A stretch of DNA of 63,853 nucleotides, filler included, from Basidiobolus ranarum (Eukaryota), in the NCBI GenBank assembly GCA_040143965.1. It is 5 parts of 5 records of this genome, joined end to end, with 100 filler letters (N's around TTAATTAATTAA, not from the genome) between each part and the next. Parts side by side here need not be neighbours in the genome. Positions count along the whole stretch, not along the records: positions 25,641 to 38,338 come from JASJQH010000527.1; positions 38,439 to 51,115 come from JASJQH010000528.1; 3 more parts are not named here. One strand, given 5' to 3'. A model generated the notes under the pieces. It did no database searches, was not told where the DNA came from, and saw only the letters and a program-made list of their open reading frames with translations. The position numbers and the translations under genes were made by a program. Of the stretch, positions 28,088-40,249 are shown in pieces. Every line of letters begins with the position of its first letter. The first letter of the stretch is position 1.

Positions 28088-28505
28088 TTCCTTGTTGAGA
28101 GCAAAAGTAACTAAGTTTAATATACAAGTATGAGTGGAACTAATATTGACACGTACTTCTAATCATTTCCATTGATTGCAACTTACTACAAAAAAATCCA
28201 TGATATTTAAACTATGTAAACATCTGTAAATGAACCATATCCTGGCTTTTAACATGGTTATTACGTAAAATCATTCATTTAAGCACAAACCACACCTCAT
28301 TACGTGAATGGGGATATCAAATATAATATACATTAAATGTAGAATGTGAAAATTCATCGTACAATGGCAAGTAGTGGCCAAGCTTATATTCAAATATTCC
28401 TTAACTTTTCACAAGTCGTTCTTAATCTCTGGCAAAACAGAGCAAGGCCTGATTTCACTAGCATATTTATCTACATTTCTATCATAAAGTATATAATTTC
28501 TGAGC

Positions 28506-29189
28506 ATGTTAAAACACATCAATCGAGTAGGGTTATCGTCTTTTCAAGCGCTGAAAACCCTGAGGAGCTCCGTTATTAAAAGTATACGACCCAAGGGGAC
28601 AACCAAGTCAATAGCCGCTACCAACTTGGTAGCCAAGGCACAAAATCCTTCCAAAACCCATTTTATTGAGCATAACCAGGTGTCAATAGCTCAAATATTT
28701 TCCAGTGATTCTAAAGTACGTAAAACTGCCGCTGTGAGTTTAGGAAAGCGTATTAGTCAGAGTAGTTATCGACTACTTTTGACTACTGGAAAGAAGGGAG
28801 TGGATAAAGTGCTTTCTTTAAAGCCAATTCATGATAAGATTAACCAACTGAAAGGAAATCGTAATCTTCAAGATTTTTTATTATTGACAGATTCGACTTA
28901 CAGAGTAGTCCAAAATGCTGGTAAAGCCACAATACATAGAGCACGACATTTTGGCCAACCACGCTCAAAGTTGGCACCTCCGCCTCCTACCACTTTCCGC
29001 GCTGGAAATTATGCCAGGGTCTTACAACGTGAGGAAGGCTCTTTATGGTTGTGGGTTCAATTCTCTATGCTAGCCCTCCCTGGATCCTGGGCACTCTATA
29101 AAGTGACTTCGGATGAAAATATTAAAACTCGGTGGAGAGAGTATATATTAACCACTAGAGAACAATTGTTGAAACTTGCTAATCATTAA
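28506..29189 (+). CDS. Hypothetical basic protein with presequence-like N-terminus and one C-terminal hydrophobic segment
   Basis: Intronless 227-aa ORF starting at ATG. The N-terminus is R/K/S-rich and lacks acidic residues; hydrophobic stretch LWLWVQFSMLALPGSWALY. Confidence 0.6.
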   Translation: MLKHINRVGLSSFQALKTLRSSVIKSIRPKGTTKSIAATNLVAKAQNPSKTHFIEHNQVSIAQIFSSDSKVRKTAAVSLGKRISQSSYRLLLTTGKKGVDKVLSLKPIHDKINQLKGNRNLQDFLLLTDSTYRVVQNAGKATIHRARHFGQPRSKLAPPPPTTFRAGNYARVLQREEGSLWLWVQFSMLALPGSWALYKVTSDENIKTRWREYILTTREQLLKLANH

Positions 29190-29646
29190 TTAGGTATGAT
29201 TAATCTTGTCTATTACTAGATTAATGCTTGTCAGAACTGCACCGACATTAAATATAAAAATAGGGTCTAGAGCACGAGATATATAAATAATGAATGCCAT
29301 TGAATAAATGTGGTCTTGGTAACCATTCTTATGCACAGATTTTACTAACCAACCTCTATACGGAATATCCCTCCTGTATGATATTTGAAGCAATTAATTT
29401 GGGGCATTTATACAGAGTGTGGGGCTCCAAAGATGACTCTCACACGTGATCTGATGGGTTTTGCACCGAAAACACATCCAACGAAGTTTGAAATCATCAC
29501 TGTGTGTAATACTCCGTTTACACAAACAACAAGGCGTAGCAACAGTTTCTTCTTTTCCATACCCTAACTTGGCGTGAAGGAAAATTATACTTCAGCCTTT
29601 CTGAATCACTTTTTTCTTACTTCACATCCTATAAACTTGCTTCATA

Positions 29647-31087
29647 ATGCTCAGAACTACTCTCTTAAAGAAAGCTACTTCCGTTACTGCTCCTTTGATC
29701 CAAAGAGCCTCATACACTGTAGCAACATCTGTTGCTTCTAACGGTGTACGTGTTGCTGCTTCCGAAGAGAGCTCTCCCGTTTCTTCCTTGTCAGTTGTTG
29801 TTGGAGCTGGTTCTCGTTTCGAGAACCCTCACAACTTTGGTGTTTCGCATGTCTTGAAATCTTTTGCTTTTAAGGTATATTATTTAAGATACGATTCGAA
29901 ATGCTTAGTCTGAATCGAGGTTAATGTTTGTAATTATTAGAATACTCGCGAACGTTCTGCTTTCCGCATTACTCGTGAGGCTGAGCTTCAAGGTGCGCAA
30001 CTAAGTGTATCCCAAGGCCGCGAAAGTCTTGTATATTCTGCTGAGTTCCTCTCTCAAGATCTGTAAGCAACAAATGTATATGATGATTAATATAAATTGG
30101 TCTTAATCGTTCTATCATTTTAGCCCCTATTTTGTACAGCTTCTCTCGGATGTTATTTCTCAAACCAATTTTGCCAAATACGAGTACCTTGATGTCAAGA
30201 AATTCGTTCAAGAACAAACCAAGCAATCTTTGTCTAACCCAGAGATAAAGGTTTTCGAGGCTCTTCATAGTGTTGCCTTCCGTAATGGCCTTGGTAATTC
30301 TCTTTATTCTAAAGCTGGATCTAAAGCCACTTACGAAGATTTAATGGAATTCGTGAACCAAAGTTACGTTGGATCGAATATCAGTGTTGTTGGTACCGGA
30401 GTCGAGAAAGAGCAACTTGATGGTCTTGTTCAGCAACACTTTGGTAAACTTGACCAAGGTGTCAAGGCAAAATCAGCCTCTTCAAAATATTATGGTGGTG
30501 AATCCCGTTTAGAGTCCTGTGGAGAACACGGTGCCCTCGCTTTAGCATTCGAAGGTGCTCCTCTTTCTTCTTCTGAGTATCTCAGACTTCAAGTACTTCG
30601 TTATGTCATCGGTGCTGAAAAGACTACCAAATGGGGTTCTGGAATTACTAGCACTTCAGCTGCCGCCTCCAAGGTTCCCGGAGCATCCGTTTCTACCTTT
30701 AACACTGGTTACTCCGATGCTGGTCTTTTTGGTGTCTATGTAAACGCCCCATCCGAACAAGTTCAAGCTATCACTCAAGTAGCCATTGATCAAATCACCA
30801 AAGCCGCTGCTGGTGTTTCTGATGAGGAATTGAAACGTGCTATTGCTAACGCTAAGTTCGAAACTGCTCAACTTGTTGATACTCGCCTCGGCCGTGGCCA
30901 AATTGTTGGCGAACAACAGTTGTATGGTAAGGAAGCATCCCAGATCTTTGATGTTCTTGCCAAACTCAATGAAGTCAGTGCCAAAGAAGTCTCCGAAGTT
31001 GCTAAGAAGGCACTCGCCTCCAAGCCTACCTTGGTTACTCTCGGAAATAGCCACACTCTTCCTTATGTTGATTCATTCAAGTTCTAA
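29647..31087 (+). CDS. QCR2: Cytochrome bc1 complex core subunit 2 (peptidase M16 fold), 3 exons
   Basis: Mitochondrial presequence, VVVGAGSRFE...GVSHVLKSFAFK, RSAFRITREAELQG, LHSVAFRNGLGNSLY, YSDAGLFGVY, LPYVDSF. Confidence 0.92.
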
Positions 31088-31436
31088 GTATGAGTTATAT
31101 TCTCAATTCTCATTTACAATAAAATTCCATTATTTAACATTGCACCTAATAAATCTAGTGCTATAGAAAGATTTATTCAAATTTACTAACGTATCAGGGC
31201 TTTAGGAAGTAATTGATATAATTTGCAACTCCGAAACTAGATCAATGACCTGAACAAACGATTTATACCTACAGATCGAAACATCATTATCGTTCTCATA
31301 AATAATTATATACAAGAGATCTTGTTGGACTCGCAACAACTATGGCTTTCTATGTAGCTATTGATTAAATCTACGCCCATGATCAGAATGGAAATCCGTG
31401 TAAATGCCAGTATTTATAGCCACCTATATCCGCTCC

Positions 31437-33067
31437 TTAAAAACATGAAGATTTGATCCCTCTCTCCGAAGGTGAATTTAGCAAGTTCGGATTTGCTGGT
31501 AGAATTTCAATGCTTTGGGAGTGTGGCCTGGTCCAGGGAGCAGGTGGAGGAACCGGGGTACCATATATCGTGCCATTAGCTGGATCAAAAATGAAAGATC
31601 CCGAAGCCTCCGAGGGCCTTAAAGAGGCGGTTGATACTCTTAATGCTGAGCTTACCAAAGGCCCTCTTCTTGGGGAAACAAAGGCTACATGTGGCATAGA
31701 AGTGGGGGATAATCTGTGCATGAACCATGAGGTTGAGCGAACAAAGGAACTCGGCGGGCGTGATATAGCTTCATTTGATGAACTATTGTATTTTACCCCC
31801 AAATTGTTTACAGAATCAACCTCCCGTTGCTCCAAATCTTCCATCCCCGTTTCACTGTATATTGTCTGATTATAATATGGATCTTCGGTTGTCACAGACT
31901 TGTTGATTGAAGGACTAGTGTCCATAAACATTCTAGGGTCGGTACGGAAGAAGTTGAGATACGAATCCTGCTAGATTGTCAATTTTGTATGAAAATGTTA
32001 TTAATATTTGAAAGTTCATATTGGGGATATTCAATATTTACCTGGCTCAAGTTCTGCTGACTCTTTCGCCACATCCAAATGCTTAGATATATCAAAAGTG
32101 AGAGTGTAATAAAGAATGCTGCTGAAATACCAATTAAGGATCCAATCAGTATATCCATAAGGTTTTCACGTGCTGCTTCTCGAGATCGATAGAATGACAC
32201 TAGGCTTGACTGCGCTTCCAGTTGTGTTGTTGTTGTGTAAATAATGGGATATCCTTCAGTTGCTTGAGGTCCAGTGGAAGAAATTCCAGGTCGAGTTTGT
32301 ATGGTTGATTCGACTTTTGGAGAAGTTAAAATGGTCACAAATTCGCTTCTCACTCCTAGGATAACACAGTCTAGTTAATTGCTGGGGCTTTGTATTTTAC
32401 TATAAAAACAATGTATACCTGCTTTACTGGAGGTTGGGGTGGATAAGCGCGGTTCTGATCTCTCTGAGTTGGAATTTCCTTGTTCGTTTCTTGTAAATCC
32501 AGTCTCATCAACATCTCTCTTATAATGGTATCCTGGAGTATCAAAAGATACATGTGGTACTTTCACATCGTTCGATTTAGTGCATAATACGGAAGTAAGG
32601 TTCTCTTCGTATTGAGTTTTCGTGGAATCTACTGAAATTCTCGATTCTAGAACATAAATCTTTTGTGTATTTAAAACCGGTAGGGTTACTTCATCTTTTC
32701 CCTCTTCTACACCCGTTCTATGTGGCATATATATGTAATCTTGATTTCTCGTTGAAGCGTCTCTTTTCATTGGTTCCATGACTTTGTTTGTTGGACTCAC
32801 TTTAGTCATTCGACTTAAAGACGAAGTAGGTCGAGACAGGACAGTGTTCTCAGGCGTTGTGTAAGCGGAGAAAGTGCGTTCTATAGCGGAAGATGGGTGT
32901 GGAATGCCGTTAAGAGTCGTATGATGGAGTGAAGAGAACTCAATACTCATGGTATTTGGGAGATATGCAGTATTCCCATTTGAGTGCGCGTCTTGGCTTG
33001 TATGTTCTATAGGTTTACTGAATGTGAAAGTCACAAGCGTCAAAAAACAGAGAAAAAACAATGGCAT
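31437..33067 (-). CDS. Hypothetical type I membrane protein: signal peptide, S/T-rich ectodomain, one TM helix, S/P-rich tail; 3 exons
   Basis: MPLFFLCFLTLVTFTFS signal; TM ILIGSLIGISAAFFITLSLLIYLSIWMW followed by RK. GT-AG introns at about 32419-32356 and 32042-31971 join the three ORF-track fragments. Confidence 0.7.
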
Positions 33068-34876
33068 TGTATCGAAAGCTCACTATTCTTCGTAACGTGC
33101 AAGAATAGTCTTAAAGGAAACCTATATATGAGAATGATTGTTACTGCAAAAAACATCAATTGAGTTCCACAGAGATTGCTTAAATGAACGAAAGGAAAAG
33201 ATTTTCGATTCAGGGGCTGAGCTTCCAAAGGGCAGCAATAATAGTTGCCTCGGACACATTTTCGTACAGTATTAATACTTGAACTTGAGATGCACCTTTA
33301 AAGCTAGAGTTCTAGAAAGTCTTTCAAATCAAGTAAATTTTCATTTAGTCCGCTTCATCGTAATAAGATAGTTTGTTGTATTATTAGAAATTAAAATACA
33401 TAAATGCATCACACCAGTTTACACTCTTCAGCCCACTCAATGACAGACTTTCCATCCATATGCTGGTGCCCCTTGTTGAACAAAACGGCTTTAATCTGTG
33501 GGGGAACATGAGATGATCGGAGATTTTTGACAACTTTTACCCTAACGGATGTTTAAAAACGAATGCACCACTATGTGCTATCTTGGATGAGAATACCGTG
33601 GAAAAAGTTGCCCTTGATTTGATCTATATTAGGATACCGAGGAAAGCGAATCCTCATTACTAGCTCATCGCTAGTCACAGTTGTGGTACCAATGGATGGA
33701 AACTGCATATGATCAATAATCACCGTCAAAAGAGAGGCTTTGTTAATTCAGAAATTGATCGATAATCGGTAGTCTAATGATTCTTCTTTAGCTCGGAAAT
33801 TAGTACCCGTTTCATTCCAAGGAGATAAGCAACAGATAGTGGCCAACTCTAGTATTATGCTTTATAGGCAAATCTAGTATGTAGTTGCCATAATAGCGTG
33901 TCTTCTACGCAGCAAGATACCAGGCTATTCATATATTGAAGATAATCAATTTTCTCACTCTCGCAATCCATCTCACGCCACCAACAGTTAGCAAGATGCT
34001 AGATCTTTGAAACTCACTTCAAACTGTGACTTTCTCACGCTACGGAAGAGTTGGCCATTTCTAAGGAACATCGTAGAACACCATAGAGCGGGATAGAACG
34101 GGAGTCATTAGTTGTAGAATTCATCAGTATTTACGAAATTACGCTACCGAAGCCAGGTAGTTTAAACATGGCCATTGACAACATACTTGTAGTCAACAAC
34201 CTGCTTCGACTACTTGAAACTGTATTCGTTGGTTTTTCGTAAAATAGATACACTAGAAACCAATATTGAGCCAATAGAAGGTGATGAGTCATCCAAGGTA
34301 CAAACAGAATCATCCAATATCTGATATCCCATAATTGGTAGTTAAGGACGATCTTTAGGAATTTGATGTTTCGCTTTATGGTTTGGGTTTGCCTAGCCTT
34401 AAGAGTATGAACCAAGAAGATCCATATGCTGGAACCAACCAGATAGTGACATTAAGAGAAGAGATACCCCATTTATTAGAAGTAGACACCAACAGCCTAT
34501 TCATTAAGTGGTATATGGTGTAGTGTCATTAACATATAGACTGTGCTATTTTGCTCTTTCATATAGGATCAAGTATGGTTCGAATTAAATGATTGGCCCA
34601 AACTTCTGATCAATATAAATTTTCGTATAGGAACCAACATTTTCCCCGCGCCTCGAACATTTCCCAGGCCAGTCAATGTATGATTATAGGCACATGAAAG
34701 ATATAAATACCCTTAGTAAAATTTTCCAGGCTATAATTTTAATCAAGTGCTAACTCATTGTTATCGCTCTGATCTACTCTACAAGACGTCTTTATCTTTA
34801 TTTCGCATATTTCTACATCAACTATAGTTACAAGATTCCCGATCTTCTTCCTTAATACTCTTCACATTGTATTGAA

Positions 34877-35297
34877 ATGAATTACGAAAACTCTAACTCT
34901 GCTGATAATGGTAATACATTTCTTGCCGCTATGATGACTTTGTATTTAATACAAGCTCAAAGACATACCTTCTAATTTATTTTCTTTCAACATACTAGCG
35001 GGCTCACATCCAACTCCCGAGATGACTACGAAACGCAAACACTATGCCACTAATACTTTTTCTCCTACCACTTCGAAAAAAGAGGTAACCTTTAGTCATT
35101 AGTATACGTTTGTAGTAGATTTTAATATTATTTGTATGTAGAATCCTAAACAAACAAAGATTACTGGTACGAAAACGAAACAGGACTCTGGGAAGGCTTT
35201 TGCAGTACGTACAGGATATCGTGAGGGATATTCTACTTCCACCAATATTGTATTTACAACCTCCGTCGTCAGTAACGGGTCCATTCACTTGATGTAA
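34877..35297 (+). CDS. Small three-exon hypothetical protein (91 aa)
   Basis: Exons 34877-34910, 34999-35084 and 35142-35297 with GT-AG introns splice into one open frame from ATG to TAA. TATAAATA lies upstream near 34702. Confidence 0.5.
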
Positions 35298-36008
35298 AAA
35301 AACCAAAAGTATCTGAGGGACCTAATATAGCCATATCTGACCTGAGGAGATCTATACCATAAGAAATCTGCCATTTGCTTATATAATGGTAGATTTTCAA
35401 AATCAAGCTGTATATAAATAAAATGCTTAATTTCTCCAGTCAATCGATATTGCTACAGAGCTGAGGTTGTAGGGCTATGCATTTAATCAACATTTAAATT
35501 GATATCCTTTATCGTTGGGATCTAACAAGTTATATCATGTCACTGCCCCTTTATCACCCCTTTACAGGTTGTGATGTATATACAGATTCTCACGTCTATT
35601 GCTATATTAATTCCTGTGTTTATGATCCACGTTTGGAGCAGGTACGATCCCGTGCTAAACACGCTTGAATTTGTGGCTCTTTTGCTTTCAAAACAAACAT
35701 AAGAATGAATGCGCTTTGAATGTTTGAATGCCAATAATACGATTTTATATACTCTGATGGTTTAGAAGGCGAAACATGTATTCATTCAATATTTTCAAGC
35801 TTTACAACCTTCTAAATACCCATGAGTTCGAAGGGATAGAGAAATTCGAAGTTGACTATCTTCTCATTATCATACAGATTGATAATTATTAAAATACATT
35901 CGAATCAGTGTTTTATTAATCATCCGATTTTTTTCAATTTATAATTGGGAAAGTAAATTTCAGGCTTATATCATACTTCACGAAGATCGAACATCAATTC
36001 TTTTCTTT

Positions 36009-36983
36009 ATGTCTAAAGGGGCAACTCAAGTAAACGATGCTGATGTGGCAGCTCACATAGCAACAAAGCCACCCCCACTTTCAATGGATCTCCCCGTACC
36101 TTTTAATCAAGAAAAAGCATTGGGACTCATATCAGACCAGGAAATAAAGCAACTAAGTGAAGCATCTGTTGATCCTAAAGAAAGCAATTCAGAAGTTACT
36201 GATATAGGTGACTATGTTACATCAGACGCAGAAAAAGCCGTCCGTAAGTTTTATTCTACGGGGAAGTGTTGTAAAGAGAATTGTATCACTAGAGTAAGCA
36301 TTCAAGAAGTTATACAAAGGCGAGAGCAATTTGAAGCTTTAGAAAAGGAGCAACAGGATTTCTTTCTTATGGGCCAATTTCTCGCTTTCGAGGGTGGACA
36401 AGAATGTAATACTAATCCCAAAAAATCACGCACGCGCAGACGTTTGTTTTATCGTTTCAATACGAAAACACCTATATGTCAAACTTTTTACCATGAAATG
36501 TACGGTATCGGTAATCACAGGCTACATGCAGTTCGTTCTAAGCTATACCAAGATGGTATTGAAGCCAGAGTACACGGTAACACAGGTCGTCCACCCAAAC
36601 GTAAAACCAAAGTGGAGATCACACTAGAGCTGACAAGACATGTGTGTGAGTTTATCAAAAATTTCGCATTAACTCATCAAGTCCCTGGGCCAAGCCATTT
36701 ATCAGATACCAGCGGTGTAGAAATATATCTTTCGCCAGAGCACTCGAAAGCTGCTGTGTATCGATTGTACAAAGATGAAGTTTTAAATGGTCGAAAGGGT
36801 GAAAGGGTCATGTCAAGTCGTACTTTCATTCGTTTATGGAATCAGTTACTGCCACAGATTAGAGTACTTCCAGCAAAGACTGGTGAATTAAGAGATTCCA
36901 ACTCTACCAACCATTTAGCTCATGCACAGGCTACTGTACGTCCAACTACATTGGCTGAATTATCACTTGACCCGTTTGTATAA
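36009..36983 (+). CDS. Transposase-derived protein (Sola-like N-terminal region), no catalytic domain
   Basis: Intact intronless 324-aa ORF: CCKENC..., ICQTFYHEMYGIGNHRL, GIEARVHGNTGRPP, VCEFIKNFA...PGP, YLSPEHSKAAVYRLY, SRTFIRLWNQLLPQIRVLPAKT. I recall this order of motifs from the N-terminal half of Sola-type transposases. Confidence 0.65.
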   Translation: MSKGATQVNDADVAAHIATKPPPLSMDLPVPFNQEKALGLISDQEIKQLSEASVDPKESNSEVTDIGDYVTSDAEKAVRKFYSTGKCCKENCITRVSIQEVIQRREQFEALEKEQQDFFLMGQFLAFEGGQECNTNPKKSRTRRRLFYRFNTKTPICQTFYHEMYGIGNHRLHAVRSKLYQDGIEARVHGNTGRPPKRKTKVEITLELTRHVCEFIKNFALTHQVPGPSHLSDTSGVEIYLSPEHSKAAVYRLYKDEVLNGRKGERVMSSRTFIRLWNQLLPQIRVLPAKTGELRDSNSTNHLAHAQATVRPTTLAELSLDPFV

Positions 36984-38013
36984 ACATTTTCTTCAGTCAT
37001 GTCGAGACTGAATTGTAGTTATTTTTCTTGCATGGATATAAATAATCTTGGCCTATTCTTCCCGGTAATAATAAGAAACTACTGCATATGAGGAAACCAC
37101 GATATTGTATTTGGCAAGGATGTGTTTTAAGTGTACCAAGAGAGGACCTTATATTTGATATCTACCGAGCTACATACATTTAGAAAGTCACAGTGGTTTT
37201 TCAAGTATTGCGAACTTCACCAAGTAACAACTCTTTATGAATGTCATTGTTCAAAGGTAAAAGACTACTTCACGTGTTCTAGTTGGGTAATCAAGACGGT
37301 ATATTCTACTTCTCTATCGTACTCTCGATTGGGAGTGTCACTCTCAAGAAACCATTTTCAGAAGAAATTCAATCGAAGATGGAGGCTTTCGTTGTCCTGG
37401 CTTTGAAAACCAATCGGAGTACTGTTTGACTTGGCGCTAAATGTAATTTTTGGATAGGGAATTGCTCCAATAGTGCATCAGCAGATGTTGTTACTTGTAA
37501 ACATCACTAGCCAGGACACAGCGCAAATAAGGATGCAAAGTATTGTGAGTGACTATGGTTTCTGACAAGAAGAGATCCGAAGAGTTTATAGAGCCCGCTC
37601 GACGACGGTGTCCTGATCGTCAATACTGCACCAAGTACATTATTTGTTGGTGGATGCGGACAAGGATGTTATGTAAGAGTTGTTCAGGAGATATGTACTA
37701 AAACCAACGCCTGATCCTAAACTATGTATCAAGAACGAGATCGAAACAGAGGCTTAGTGATCAACTGGTTGAAGGTGCATGACTCGTCAGCAATGATGAA
37801 ACCACAGATGAGGGGTGCTAGGTGTAATCGAGTATCTTCATACCACGATGGTTTCTAATTATGATACTGTTCTACCCCTGAGGTTCCCATACCTTATCCC
37901 ATATAAATATCACTCTCGTCATTAGCAAATAGAAGCCTACTCACGCTGGTCGACTCCAATTAATTGTCCTAGATAATATCTTTGAAAGATCTTCCCTCAC
38001 ATACGTTATCATA

Positions 38014-38338
38014 ATGGGTCTCTTCAAATACGGTATCGTTCTTATCCAAGTAATCTCCATCTTGATGGTAGATCAAAGCTCTGCTTTTGTGTACAAAACG
38101 TCACAAAGCATTTCTAGCAAGAGCTGGGAGAATGTCCAAGATCTTGGTTTCTCTCGCATCTCTGTCGGCTTAGATGATGCAGCTTGGGCCATTACTGCTG
38201 GACAAGAACTTTATCGTAATACTGATGGCAAGAGATGGGCACGTATCCCTGGAAGTCTTTCAGATATTTCTGCTATTAATGCTAATGTGGCTTGGGGAGT
38301 TAGTCCAAACAATATCATTTACCGTTATCAAAATGGTC
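38014..38338 (+). CDS. Secreted tectonin-like beta-propeller lectin (truncated by contig end)
   Basis: Signal peptide ending SSA-F, then repeats W-x-...ISVGLDDAAWAITAGQELYR and WARIPGSLSDISAINANVAWGVSPNNIIYRY, matching the tectonin blade consensus. Confidence 0.8.
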
Positions 38339-38438
38339 NNNNNNNNNNNNNNNNNNNNNNNNNNNNNNNNNNNNNNNNNNNNTTAATTAATTAANNNNNN
38401 NNNNNNNNNNNNNNNNNNNNNNNNNNNNNNNNNNNNNN
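38339..38438. other. Artificial contig spacer
   Basis: N44-TTAATTAATTAA-N44. Confidence 0.99.
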
Positions 38439-40249
38439 TTTGACTTTCGATCCTTTCAACTTTAAGAGATCTGATAAATAAGAGGCAATTATGACTGATT
38501 CGTATTGAAGCAACCAAGCATGGATAAGGCTATCTAAAGAGAAGTTGTGAATGAAGTTGTGAATGGGCCCTAAAGTTTGCACTCTACTTACCATAGTTTG
38601 AATGAGAAACAGATATATGGGGAACATACAAAACCATAAGAATTATTGCTTTCCAGCTTTATACGAAATTGGTCACTCGAACGCTTTAGTGTAGTGCTTC
38701 ATTGGGTTTCTTAGTGAAGCGTGGCGCTCCAATAGTTTTGGTATCGCTATTCAGGACCAGGCCAGTGTTATCTTTAGCAACTCCCTTAGGTTTTGTAGGG
38801 ATGTGCATCACCTTCTAGCCTATACGACACATCCAAAAAAGAGAAGAAATGGAATATATCCAATACTGAAGAGAGAAGCAATCGAATACATTTAATACTG
38901 AACCAGTAAATACTTGAACCTAAAATCTTATAATGGATAAAACATTTCCCCAAGGTTACATCGAATGACATGCACATCAGATGGAGAGCGTGCGGGAAGG
39001 CTAGGAATAGCGCGAGGATTAGGGCGAGGATTAGGGTTATTGGCATTCAGTGATCCTAAAATGAAACAAGGATTATCAAGAATCTGTATCTCACGCAGCT
39101 ATTTGATCTCTCAGTTACATATCATTCACGGAGGGAAATCCCCACCTGGCCATACAGTGCTTGCCCAAAGATGCGGATTCAAGGAGACATTTCAATCAAT
39201 CTGCAAGCATTACTGCTTCTGCAACCTAAACCAGGATCTCTACAGATATAATGATACGCGTATTAGCTAGTGTGAACTTGAGAGAAGATCAGTAAAGATT
39301 GTGGTATCGTAACGAAACAGCACCTGAGTCTAATTTGCTTTACTTCGACACTATGGGGTAGCATCTTAGACAAATGAGTGAATTTATTACCTTTTCATCG
39401 CCAAAACAAGCGAAGAAAATGAGGGGGAACTCCAATCAATTGCAGTGGACATTCTCTTCGATGCTAGCTCTGAGAGAGACACCCAATTCAGAGTCAAGTA
39501 TGTCCAATCATGCAAACTCGCATTCACAATGGTGCTCATTATCATAAGTATTTCATGACTTAGGATAAGGATTGAGCATTGCTATGCTTCGTTTGGCTTT
39601 GTTGGCCATTTGATATGTGGTAGGATTGAGGGGAATTCACTAGCAAGATAACTTGGAATTTGTGGTCAAAGCGGTAGGGATCATTTTCTGGTCTAAATAT
39701 AGGATGCTCACCAAGAGGGGTATTACAATAGACCAATTATATCGCCCGTACCCGCACCTTCACATATTTGAATGTTTCATGGATGCATGTGGATATCAAC
39801 GTTGAAATTATTCCATGTTTATCGGTGCATCTATGGCTTCTTCGACTGTAAACCTGACCAGAAACCTGACCAGTTTTGGAGAGAATTGGCCACTTAATAC
39901 GGTCTTTTTGAGCACTACATGCCTGCATCTAACAATATAATAGCAATTACTTAAAATCTTATGCAACGCCACCTAATGATACATCATTCACCATGATGCT
40001 AAGAAACTTCATACGAAGACCACTGCTTTCTTATGTATGCTAGATATATCTTCTCATCACTCCCCAAACCCCTGTGATGCTATATCTACCGTACTGTCTC
40101 TATAAATACTTTCGATAGTCGTTGTTTTGTGTACAGATTTATACTATTCACCCTCGTCAATACTACCTTTACACTCCTCAACATAGTCCAACTCGTTCAG
40201 TATTATCCAATCAGATAAATAACCATCACTTTATATTCCTACATTACCA

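Noticed and set aside
33400..34480. Possible decayed coding sequence; similar case at 37130-37560 on the minus strand
   Set aside because: Many stops in all frames and no recognisable motifs.
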